Source: Octopus sinensis (Eukaryota). From it: a DNA stretch of 64,000 bases. Under the pieces are notes generated by a model. That model did not search any database, was not told the origin of the DNA, and saw only the letters and a list, made by a program, of their open reading frames with translations. Shown one piece after another: positions 28,101-41,397 of this stretch. How positions within the stretch are numbered: the stretch's first letter is position 1; every line of letters starts with the position of its first letter. The stretch spans positions 59,644,001 through 59,708,000 of the forward strand of contig NC_043009.1 in assembly GCF_006345805.1 (NCBI RefSeq). The letters run 5' to 3'. The translations under genes and the position numbers were made by a program.

Positions 28101-31100
28101 TTGCTTAGAAAATATTTTTCATTTTTAACCTCGTATATAGTACGCACTAGGGATTTTGACCTTTAAATTTTGGGGGAAAATGTGGATTATACTCAAGGAT
28201 TTACGGTTATATTTATCCTCACTTTGAACCTGGATGTTCCGTTAGAACATAGTGTAGTTTGTCCTAACAGAACATCCAAGTGAGGAGAAATATTACCTAT
28301 TCATCAATTGACAGAGGAATTGACTGACAGCCATATGTATAGTGTATGTGTGTGAGACCACTAGCTCGGGAATGAAATTTGCTTAGGGGGTGCAAACCCA
28401 GGTCCAAAAATATTTACAAACAAGGCCTTTTTTTTGTGTGTGTTTTGTTCTTTGTGAAGGAACCTAACTTCAAGCAACTTTTTACACATCACTTTGTTTA
28501 CCGTTATTCTAAACCCGAGAAAATTAGTAGGGCTGCAAATTAGTTCTGCACTCCACAAAAATTCTTGGGGATGCACTTGCACCACCTGCATCCCCTGTTC
28601 CCGGGCCCATGTGTGTGACTATATCCCATCACGACTACCATCACCAGAATGCCTCTCATTATCCTCATCATTGTTCGACCGTGGTCGAGACAATGGAATT
28701 TACTATGCTACGCCAGACTTCACGGTCCATCATAACATTACGGAGGTCCTGTTGCTAGATGCCTGTATCTCTGGAGATTATGTGTAGGAGAGTGTGCACC
28801 CTCTGGTATCACGTGTAGATGGCTTCCAGAGGAGAAGAGTAGAAATTGCCTCGTTTTCAGCTCTATAACAATGTCCAGCAAACTGAACTCTCCTACCTTT
28901 CACAAGAGATGATACAGGTGGTAGTTTTCCATATATTTGTATTTTGATTGGATGACGCTTCTGACGATTTTGAGCTCTCATAAGGAGGCGAGTGTAGGCT
29001 CCATCCAACCGTCTCTCAAGCTTCTTTGATAACATCCAGGTTTCTGAGCCATATTGGTTCGACTGTGGCTTTGAAGATTTTAAGTTTGAAGTCTCTACTT
29101 AGATTTGATGACCAGATCTTATGCATATCATTACAGGCTGACCAGGCCATACCCTTTCTAGTTAGAATGCCTCTACTACTTACATCTGCATTTTATTTCC
29201 AGGTAAAAGCAACAGATCATGGAAGTCCAGCCTTGAAGTCTACTACAAAAGTAAAGATCAAAGTGGTCAAAGTGAAGAAGTACTCAACAAACCCGCCATT
29301 GTTTAATAAGAAGCATCTGTCTGAGGAAATTATGGAGAATGACCGAGTTGGCAAATGGATTGTGCTAGTCCAGGCCTTTGATATGGATAGGGACAAGATT
29401 TGGTATTCTATCGAGGGTAAGTTTGACGGGTGGCGCTTTTATAGTATTTCTTATTTTGTTTTATTTGTCTGTTTTTGTGGGGGGTTTATTTTTCATCTGA
29501 ATTATGTCATTGTTGAGGGCAAAGAAAGATGAGCTGTTGTGATAGTTTTAGGTATTTTGTTTTTTTTTATATTTTTCCCAACCACATGGTTCCAGATTCA
29601 GTATCGCAACGTGAAACCTCAAACAAGTGTCTTCTTCTATGCCCTCGGGCTGACCAAGACCTTGTGAGTGGATTTGGTAGAGGGAAACTGAAAGAAGTGT
29701 GTATATGTTTGTGTGTCCGTGTTTGTCCCCGCAAATATTTATTTTTCTCTAACTATTGCAGATGGTAATGAAGACCACACATTCAGCATTGGCCCAGAAG
29801 ATGGCATGATATTTATAGCCCGTAAACTAAACTGGGAGGTAAAGAATCACTACAATTTGACCATTAAAGCTACAGATGGACAGCACCAGGACTTTGCATG
29901 GGTAAGTAAGAATAAACTAGGATATCTAAATGGGGGTGACCATGGTGAGAATGGCAGAGGTGATGGGTAATGAACTCATACCACCACCCTCCTCTTCCTC
30001 TCTCCTTCCTTCCTCTCCCCCCTCTCTCCTTCACTTCACCCCCAGCAATAATCAAGGCTTTTGGTTCTTCTTTCTTCCCCACACGTCTTTCCTGTCGTTG
30101 TTGAAGTGCAACGGTTTAAGCTAAGCATTAATCACTAATCCAGCTAATCCCACCAGAACCTGAAGTCCTGCAGTGGTCATTCATACAATCCTTTCCTCCA
30201 AACCAAACCAAACAAGCAAAAAAAAATAGATAAATGAAAATATGGCAGTTGGGGATGGTGTTGAGTTGTGCTGTGGGTGGCGGTGGTGGGTATAGTCTTG
30301 GGGTGGTGGTAATGGTGGAGTAGGATTGAGTGGTGGAGGTGGTGGCGTGGTGTTAGTATGATATTCTAGATAGGAAAGACTGTGCATGTTGGTTACTGTA
30401 GGGGCCTAGGAGAAAAGAAATATTACTGCAACCCACCACTACACCATTCCTTCAACACTTCATTCCGTCAACATACCATTCCTCCAACATCCTATTCCTC
30501 CAATGCACCATTCCAGCGGCATGTTATTCTTCAAACACATTATTCCTCCAGTGCATCATTCCTCCAATGGGCCATTTGTCCACCATACCATACCATACCA
30601 TACCTCCACCGTACTATACCTCTAACAAGTCATATTTCCTACAAGCCATACTTCCAACAATCCATACCTCTACCACACGATTCCTCCACCACATCATTCC
30701 TCCAAGATGCCATTCCTCCAACACACCATTCCTCCAACATGTCAATCCTCCAACACACCATTCCTCCAACATGCCAATCCTCCAACAGACCATTCCTCCA
30801 ACATGTCATTCCTCCAACATACCACTCCTCCAACACATCATCTCTTCTATGCACAAGTCCTCAATCCATCACTCTTCTAATAACTCACCAACTCACCAAC
30901 AATCCACTCCTTCAACCATCCCAATCCACCATCCTCCAACCTCCACAATCTACCAATCTAACAGCCTATCATTCCTCCAGCCCACCAGTCTCCCCCACGC
31001 ATTTAACCTCCAACCATCTTTACTTCTATCGCAGCTTGAAATCAAGGTCCTGGATGTAAACGACAATCCACCAATATTTGACAAGAAAGAATATATTGGC

Positions 31101-31281
31101 CAGGTTTATGAATCTGTCGCTATTGGTAAACAGGTTCTGCAAGTGTCTGCTACTGACCAAGATAATGGTAGACTCTTCTATTCCTTGTCTTCAGCAACAA
31201 ACCCTGCAAGCAAGTCGAAATTCCACATCGATTCAGAAACTGGTTAGTATCATCATTGTCTTACTTAATTACGTAACCAAC

Positions 31282-31356
<75 letters not shown>

Positions 31357-31798
31357 TGACTACTACTACTTACTGCTACTTACTACTACTACTACTACGA
31401 TTACTACTACGACTACTGCTACTACTACAACTACTACTACAACTACTACTACTTCTACTACTACTTCTACTACTACTACGACTACTACTAACTACTACTA
31501 CGACTACTACTAACTACTACAACAACTACTTACTACTACTACGACTACTGCTACTACTACAACTACTACTACTATTAACTACTACTACTATTAATTACTA
31601 CTAACTACTACTACTACATTTTTCTGTTCCCTTTTCCATTCTGTTTTTATATTTTGCTGTTCTATTTGCTACTTTCTCCTCTCTCTTTTTCTCACTCTCT
31701 CTCTCTTTCTCTCTCTCTCTCTCCACTCTCTTCCCATACCCCACCACCTACACACACACATGCTTACACACATGCATATAAATGTATGTATATATATA

Positions 31799-31829
<31 letters not shown>

Positions 31830-34800
31830 GAAATATGTGTGTGTATTATTATTATTATCATTATTATTATTAATATCATTATTATTATTATTAATATCAT
31901 TATTATTATTATTATTATCATTATTATTATTATTATCATTATTATCATTATTATTATTATTATCATTATTATCATTATTATTATTATTATTATTATTATC
32001 ATTATTATTATTATTATTATTAATATCATTATTATTATTATTATTATCATTATTATTATTAATATCATTATTATTATTATTAATATCATTATTATTATTA
32101 TTATTATCATTATTATTATTATTATCATTATTATCATTATTATTATTATTATCATTATTATCATTATTATTATTATTATTATTATTATGATTATTATTAT
32201 CATTAATATTCAGAAGACTTGCTCAAGAGCTCAAGGGCTGAGATTTTATACATTGACATTTCTCCAGCCGTTGCACGAAAATCTCGGCCCTTGAGTTGCT
32301 CTGTAACTTCTACTAATTATTATTATTAATAATAATAACAATCACAATCATGTTGTGGTACACCTGAGCACTGTATACAATAATTTCATTATTACATAAT
32401 AATGACGTGTGTGTGTGTATGTATTCATGTTTTGAGTTCCACTTTCCTATTTTAATCGGCAAACTTATATATATATATACGTATATGTAAATGAGTTTGT
32501 GTGTGTGTATATATAGAGCTATAATTCTACCGTTGTTTGTTTGTAGGTGTAATACGAGTGAAGGAGAAATTGGATCGTGAAGTCCTGGCTCGGCACGAGT
32601 TGGTAGTGATGGTGAGAGACCAAGGTTTACGTTCCAAACGCAACATGTGCCGTGCTGTCATCATGGTACTCGACAACAATGACCACAGCCCAGAGTTTTT
32701 ATCCGACATATTTGAAGGCCGAGTATTCGAGACCGCAGCTATAGGCACTTCCGTCCTCCAAGTCGTAGCTGCTGACCAGGACAAAGGAATTAATGCAGAG
32801 ATACGCTACAGTATTTTATCAGGTAGCCTGTTGTTGCAGTTTATGTTGTAGTGGTAGAAAATTATAGCAAATAGTGTCCATGTACCCGAACATGAATATT
32901 TGTGTAAATGTAAGGTACCATACAAGGTTTCTAGTTGATCCGGTCAACGGAACAACCTGCTCATAAAATTAACATACAAGTGGCTGAGCACTCCACAGAT
33001 ATGCGTACCCTTATTATAGTTCTCAGGGTGATTCAGGGTGACACAGAATGTGACAAAGCCAGCCCTTTAAATTACAAGTACAACATATTTTTGCCAGATG
33101 AGCAGACTTGAGCAATGTGAAATAAAATGTTTTGCTGAAGGACACAATGCACCGGCAGGAATCGAACTCATGACCTTACGATCATGAGCCGATTACCCTA
33201 ACCACTAAACCATGCACCTTCACATGATTTAACACAGCTTATACACACACCACATAGTCTAGCATATAGCAAAATACAAATCAAGTTTCGATTAGGGAGC
33301 AAATATTTAAGAAAAGGTGGAAGGGGATTGGTAGCACAATTAGAAAAGACGCACCAAATGTAGCGAAAAGTGCTTTAAAGTGGAAACTGGTTGGATATAG
33401 AAAGAAAGGTAGGCTTAAGAACTCGTGGTGGAGATCAACACAAAAGGAACTAGAAAAAGGGGAACATTCATGGCAGAGTATAAGTACAGAAGGGAAAAAT
33501 TATGCGACATGGAATTCAATTATAAGTGGCCTATACTCCGCGTTGGAGGGTTAAAGGCAGGAAAGACTAATATTCTAATGTAATAACATAAGACACAAGG
33601 CATGCTTTTTTTTTCTATTTTTTGTCTATTTTGTAATGTAGAAATATTCTAAATGTATCTTTCAATACATCTCCATGTTCCTAAAGCAAACTCTGCTTGT
33701 TTACTTTCATCATAATTTGAATTTGACAGCGTCTTATAAAGCTAAATTTTTAAGTTCAAAAATTGCAAATTAATTTGTCAGTGGGCAGTTAGGCTTAATG
33801 GCAAAGCACTGTGACTGGTAATCACAGGGATGTAAGTTTGAGTCTCATGGCTGACTGCTGGCAAACTTTTCTGCAATAATACAGATATTTTATCCTGTTC
33901 CTGCTATTCTGTTAGTAATATTCTGTGTTTGAGAATTAGTTATTTCTGTATCTAAATGTTTTGTTTTATCTTTATTACGCAGGGAATACAGGAGGTGCTT
34001 TTGCCATTGATGATACCATGGGAACTATAACTGTGGCGAAACAGTTGGACCGAGAGGGTCAGTCTGATTATGTTCTGTCTGTGCTGGCCACTGACTTCGG
34101 TTCTCCACAACTCAGCAGTACTGGAACTGTCCACGTATCGGTGACTATTTCAAATAATGCACCCCCAAAGTTCCCTCACAAGGAGTACGTGAAAGAAATC
34201 CCTGAGAACGAACCCGTTGGAGTGATTGTGTCGACAGTGGTCGCCGACAGCAGGTCGTCTGTCGTGTACTCAATCACCAGCGGAGATCCAAAGGAGATGT
34301 TCCGGATCAATCCCAACTCGGGAGTTTTATCAACCAACAAAATCTGTGACTATGAGGAGCAAATCTTTTATAACCTGACAGTAACTGCCATGAACATCAT
34401 TGGTCGGTCAACCAGCTGTTCCGTTCTGATTCACATCATTGACAAGAACGACAACAATCCAGTCTTTGAGAAAGAACTTCACCATGGATTTATCATAGAA
34501 CAAGCACTGGTTGGTTCTATAGTTCTCAACGAAGATAGGTTTCCACTCGTCATCAAAGCGACTGATGCTGATAGCGGCATGAACTCACTTCTACAGTACG
34601 AAATTGTTGAAAACAAGATACAGTCTGTTTTTTCAGTCGACAGTAACACCGGAGCCATTCGAACAGCAAGCTTACTCGACCACGAGGTGTTGGCCGACTA
34701 TGAGTTCACGGTGCGTGCTTTTGACCTCGGCAGACCTCACCTTCTAGCCTTGGAATCGTCCCGGGTTAAAATCCACGTTCTCGATACAAATGACTCACCA

Positions 34801-35545
34801 CCCAAATTCTCTCAGGATGTCTACAATGTCTCTCTGCTTCTACCAACATTCAGAGAAGTTGCTGTTCTTGCGTTGAATGCCACCGACCCAGACACCGAGG
34901 TCGGCAGCAAACTGACGTACAAGATAGACGAGGGCAATGAGGATGGCACATTTGAACTTCAGCCAGACACTGGGGTACTTTATGTCACTAATGACACCGA
35001 CATCGGCAGTGTGTACGACTTGACCGTCTCTGTCAGTGACGGAGTATACGAAACATCCGCTGAGATCTTCATAACAGTCCTACGAAGCAACGAAACTAGT
35101 TTGGTGTTTACGAAAAACGATTACCAGGTGGAAGTGATGGAAAATGTTGCCACAAACCAGTCTCTAACAGTTCTACAGTTAACCGGCTTGATTCTCAACC
35201 AGCATGTCACCTTCAAGTTGTTAAACCCCAACAGTATGTTCACGATTGGGACCACCTCTGGTGTGCTACACACAATCGGCAAACCTTTTGACCGAGAGAA
35301 GCGATCAAGCTATAGATTAGTGGTCGAAGCTCGAGATTCTCAACAAGAGCCAAGATATGCTCGTGCCATTGTCCATGTAGAAATTGCTGACCAGAATGAC
35401 AATCCCCCTATCTTTGTGAACCAACCTTACAATTCTGTGATTTCAGTCGAGTCAAAGATAGGAGACCTCATCAAACAGGTAAATTTTTGAAAACTTTTCT
35501 ACATATTTTTATATATGTATATCTATCTATATATCTATCTATCTA

Positions 35546-35585
<40 letters not shown>

Positions 35586-36159
35586 AGTTCAGTAAAATTT
35601 AGATTCAGTTGAATATGGTACTTAAGTTAAAGGCACCAGAATTTGGTATGGTATTATCCATATAATTCAAAATGGGGTGATTACAGTCAAAATAAGGATA
35701 TCCTCTGGATATCCTTGTTGCTTATTTTCACTATATATGTGTGTGTGGTTTTTTGTTTCAGTCATTTGACTGTGGCCATGCTGGAGCACCGCCTTTAGTC
35801 GAGCACATCGACCCCAGGACTTTTTCTTTGTGGGCCTAGTACTTATTCTAGCAGTCTCTCTCTTGCCAAACCGCTAAGTGACGGGGACATAAACATACTA
35901 GCATCAGTTGTCAAGTGATGTTGTGGGGACAAACACAGACACACAAACATATACATACATGCATACATATATATATATATATATATATATAGACGACGGG
36001 CTTCTTTCAGTTTCCATCTACCAAATCTCACAAGGCTTTGGTTGGCTCGAGGCTATAGTAGAAGACACTTGCCTAAAGTGCCACGTAGTGGGACTGAACC
36101 CACAACCATGTGGTTGGTAAGCAAGCTACTTACCACACAACCACTCCTGCACCTATATA

Positions 36160-36198
<39 letters not shown>

Positions 36199-39100
36199 AA
36201 AATATGGGGGTTGAGTTCACAGGTGATCTAAACGATTGACGGAATATGTATAACTCTGGAATATCCCAGAAACAGCTGTAAGGCTTTGAATTTTTTTCCA
36301 ATAATAATAATGTATGTGACTTGAGATGTTTGTCTTGCCTTTACATTTGTTGTCCTCTTTAACAATATGTATATGTGTGACATTGCCACATATTGAGCAC
36401 CCAATATACATTGTAAAGTAACTGGTATTAGAAAGGGCATCCAGCCATACAAACCATGGCACACTGGCTCCTGTCACAGGTGCGCTTACGCGAATACTAT
36501 GAACATTTTTACCCCCTTACTTTACTCTCTCCCCTTACTTAGCGGTCATTCGAATAGCGCTTTTGTCTTAATAACAGTCAATCACACAGTAATTTCCCTT
36601 TGTATAACAGTCATTTTCCATAGCATTTTTCCGATAGCCGGATAACTGAAGAGATGGCGGCGTGGATTTCCACCTCGGCATCCAAAACTCGGGGTTTTAT
36701 CATTGCTACCGAATAATTGTCACCTATTACATTTACTGATATATATATATATATATACATATCAATTCCTATATACAACCAATCTTACCTTATTTCACAG
36801 ATTTCAGCAGTGGACAAAGATATTGGCAGAAACAAAGAGCTGTCCTTCAGAATCGTTGCCGGTAACAACCAGAGCCTCTTCACCATCAATAATGTCACAG
36901 GACACATCAGAGTCAACAAAATTTTAAAAGACTATGAAAATCAAGAATTCCGGTTGATAGTTGAAGCGGCAGATAATGGTAAGTGTTACGATAGAGTGGT
37001 GGTATTGTGGTGTGGTAGATTGTTACTGATGTAGTGTATGGTATTGGTCTCCAGTGGTGATCTGCAATAATGTGTTGTAGTGTTGTAGTATGATAATCTG
37101 GTTGTATATGGAGGCACATGGCCTAGTGGTTAGAGCAGCGGACTCGCGGTCGAGGGATCGTGGGTTCGAATCTCAGACCGGGCGATGTGTGTGTTTATGA
37201 GCGAAACACCTAAGCTCCACGTGGCTCCAGCAGAAGGTAATGGCGAACTTCTGCTGACTCTTTCACCACAACTTTCTCCCACTCTTTCCTCCTGCATCTT
37301 GCAGCTCACCTGCGATGAACCGGCATCCCGTCCAGCTGGGGATCCTATACGCCAAGGAAACTGGGAACCCGGCCCTTATGAGCCAGGTGTGGCTCGAGAA
37401 GGAACAAAGATGGAATCTGGTTGTATGACAGTATAGCAACTATAGTAGAATGCCAGTGTAATACTGTGGCTACGTGGTACTGTAGTGTGAAGGTGCATTA
37501 CCTAGTGCTTAGGTTGTGGTTTCAATTCCCAGATCAGGTAGCAGTGTGTTGCGTTCTTGAGGAAAACGCTTCATTCCATATTGCTTTGATCCACTAAGCT
37601 GCAAGCAAAACAACAACATCAGCTGAGGCTTAACCCTGCGGTGGACAATGAAGTGGCATGTTGGTTATTTGGAAGTATTGTACTGTCAGTCACTTATATG
37701 CCATGGGAACCAAAATAATCTGTTAGTTCATAACAGACCCCAAAACCTATAATTTTTAGAGTTGCAGTATGTAATGTGATTGTGCAGTAATGTAGCCTGA
37801 TAGTGTGGTAGTGTCAGTGGTGATGTAATTTCCTGGTAAGCCAAGTGTGCACTATATGATCCATTCCTGGCTGAGTTTAGTAAACATGCATATGAATTCA
37901 AATCCAATACTGACCCCAGCAATCAACACCATCTACTAAACAGAACATAAACAACAATCTAAAACTCTTCCCTCAGTCCCCACTCCTAAATCTATCATCT
38001 ACTTTTCCTATAATCAAACTCTGGCCTCCTGACTAGATTTCATATTTCAGAGCACACCGGGCGAAATGCTTAGCGGTATTTCGTCTGCCATTATGTTCTG
38101 AGTTCAAATTCCGCCAAGGTCGACTTTGCCTTTCATCCCTTCATCATCATCATCATTTAGCGTCCGTTTTCCATGCTAGCATGGGTTGGACGGTTCAACT
38201 GGGGTCTGGGGAGCCCGAAGGCTGCACCAGGCCAGTCAGATCTGGCAGTGTTTCTACAGCTGGATGCCCTTCCTAACGCCAACCACTCCGAGAGTGTAGT
38301 GGGTGTTTTTATGTGCCACCGACACAGGTGCCAGACGAGGCTGGCGAACGGCCACGCTCGGATGGTGTTTTTATGTGCTATCGGGGTCGATAAATTAAGT
38401 AGCAGTTATGCACTGGGGTTGATGCAATCGATTTAATCCCTTTATCTCTTATTGTTTGTCCCCTCTATGTTTAGTCCCTTGTGGGCCGTAAAGAAATAAG
38501 ATTCTTTCCTAAAGATGGTATTTGCATGCATATGTAGAATCCACTCCAAAGCAGTGGGCTGGCAGAATCATTAGAGGAATGGACAAAATGTCTTATGACA
38601 TTTGCCCCAATTCTTCACATTCCCAGTTCAATTTCTGTCAAAATCAATTTTACTTTCCATCCTACCAAGATTTCTAAAATCAATTGGCCTATAAATACCA
38701 AGGTCAATTTAATCAATTGCTAATTTGTGACAACTTGCAATATGTTAGCATAGTACAAGAGAACCCAAACTCTTAACTGTTGTCGTGTAATTTTATTTTA
38801 GTCATTTTTCTTATTTCTTAATTCCAGGTGAAATTCAGCAGATTTCACGCTGCAAGGTGCCTATCAAGATCATAACAAAGGCAACTCCATTATTTGAGAA
38901 ACAATTCTATAACATCACGGTTCCAGAAAACATTGAACTTCACTCTCCAATTCTCAGTCTACAGGCCGTTAGTCCAAATGGGCAAAAGTTGGTCTATTCC
39001 ATCACAGGTGGAGATGTCTTCCATGAATTTACAGTAGATTTCAACACAGGTAAGAGATGTATTTATATTATTATATGCTGTTATCTATTCCCAGGTTTGT

Positions 39101-40771
39101 CTTGAATGAACAAACCTATCATCAAAGACATCCCAGCTGTGACCATCTCATCAGTGTTGTAGATTTATGGCTACATTATCTACATCATTTCCTTGTTAAG
39201 GTAGTAAGGTGTGATTTGAAAGATAATTAGCTGTTATTTCTAGCTGGTATTTCTGTTTTGTCTACAATGAAACTCTATCATTAACATTTTAGTTTACAGG
39301 TAGGCATGTAACAAGAATTGTTTCAAGTGTCATTTGCTTATCTCTAAGTCTGCCTTCAGAAATTAGGGAAGCTGAAAAATGCATCATCTCAGATTTTCAA
39401 ACTGTGAACACAGATGTGTGTTTCTGTGCACATGCACTCACTGAGCAAAATAAAAAATAGGAAAAAAGCAACACAGACTGGAAAAATTTTGACAAATGTA
39501 TGACTTTAATGCTTAAAATGAAGGGAAATAGTCTTGACATTTCGGACACTAGTCCTTCATCAGAAAAGAAATAAAAGAATGAGAACAGGTAATTCTTTGC
39601 AACTGTGAAATTGAGGTTATTATTTTAAAATTAGTTTGAGAATAACAACAGAGCATTTTCTGATGTGGTGAATGGAAGGGACTCAGGGGTTGCAAGCGAA
39701 TTTATCGTAAATTTCATATTGACTGGGAGTTTTAGTTTCACCACTTGGCGCATTGAATCATTCCTGCAAAGACTAAATACCAACTCTGATTACTGATTAA
39801 ATCTTTGACTAAATCTAACACATTCTACTCAATGTGTCATATTTTCTTAGTATCCCTACTCTATCTAATATATACTTGATATACTATAGAATAGGTGATA
39901 TATTTCATCATTATCTGATTTGTTTTGATTTTTTAATTATAAGTTCTTCTATTGTACACCTTGTTGATTATCCGAAAAAAGAAAAGCTTACGAGCTGTGG
40001 TAGCTATTTTTAAAGTTGGTCATAGACTATGTAACAGAACTATGATATTAAGGCGGCGAGCTGGCAGAAATGTTAGCACGCCAGGCGAAATGCTTAGCGG
40101 TATTTCGTCTGCCGTTACGTTCTGAGTTCAAATTCCACCGAGGTCGACTTTACCTTTCATCCTTTCGGGGTCGATAAACTAAGTACCAGTTACGCACCGT
40201 TGTCTGTCCTTGTTTGTCCCCTCTATGTTTAGTCCCTTGTGGGCAATAACGAAATAAGAAGTATGATAGCGCTGTGTTATTATCACACTTCCTTTAATGT
40301 AATCCACATTGAATATTTGCAACACGGTGCCAAAATCGTAAAGGCCAAAAAAATTGAAGTTTCTTCCATATCAGCCACCTGTCTTACAACAAGTGTTTCT
40401 GGATCAAATTTTGGTATTTCAGCATCCGTTGTATGATTCCGATCCAAAATCGCCCAAAGAAAATTACTCTTGACAAAAACCTTCACTATTACATCATTCT
40501 TTACCTCTGTACAAATTTCGCATTACATATATTCCAAAAGACGATTCTCTGTTTTTAACTTGAAGAGAAACAAACGAGCAGGGTGGAAGTGATGTTGAGA
40601 AGGGGGGGGGGCGTTTTGTAAGGGAAACAACAATGATAGTAGTGTTAGAGTTATCCCCCTTGAATACACGCGCTGTGTCTTTGCATTTATGTATGTGTAG
40701 CTATACGTGTCCTGTTGACATTGTATATAATGAAAATGCATGCGGGTTTAAACATAAATATGTGTTAGTAT

Positions 40772-40816
<45 letters not shown>

Positions 40817-40938
40817 ATGTATGTGTGAGTATATATATATGTATATATATGTGTGTGTATATATATTATATATATATATGTATATATATATATATGTATA
40901 TATATATGTATATATATATGTATATGTATATATATATG

Positions 40939-40969
<31 letters not shown>

Positions 40970-41069
40970 GTATATGTATATATATGTATATATAATATAT
41001 ATATGTATATGTGTATATATATATATGTGTATATATATATATATATATGTGTATATGTGTATATATATG

Positions 41070-41133
<64 letters not shown>

Positions 41134-41360
41134 TGTAATCCCTCAATTATTGCAGATGTTACATGTCAAAACCTACCACAGAATATTAAAATCTAGAAAA
41201 AAATATAAATACCTATCGGCTGCTGAAACATACGATGTACTGAGGAGTCCGCTATATAAATTCACATATATTAGCCAGAAAAATCCGTGATGTACTGAGT
41301 ACGCGATAGGTGAACCGTAATGTGGCATGGAATTGCTGCATATATATATATATATGTATG

Positions 41361-41397
<37 letters not shown>

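Noticed and set aside
36475-36725. CpG-rich segment upstream of exon 9 as a possible promoter or enhancer
   Set aside because: Composition alone is insufficient, and it could equally be a young transposon end; there is no diagnostic motif.
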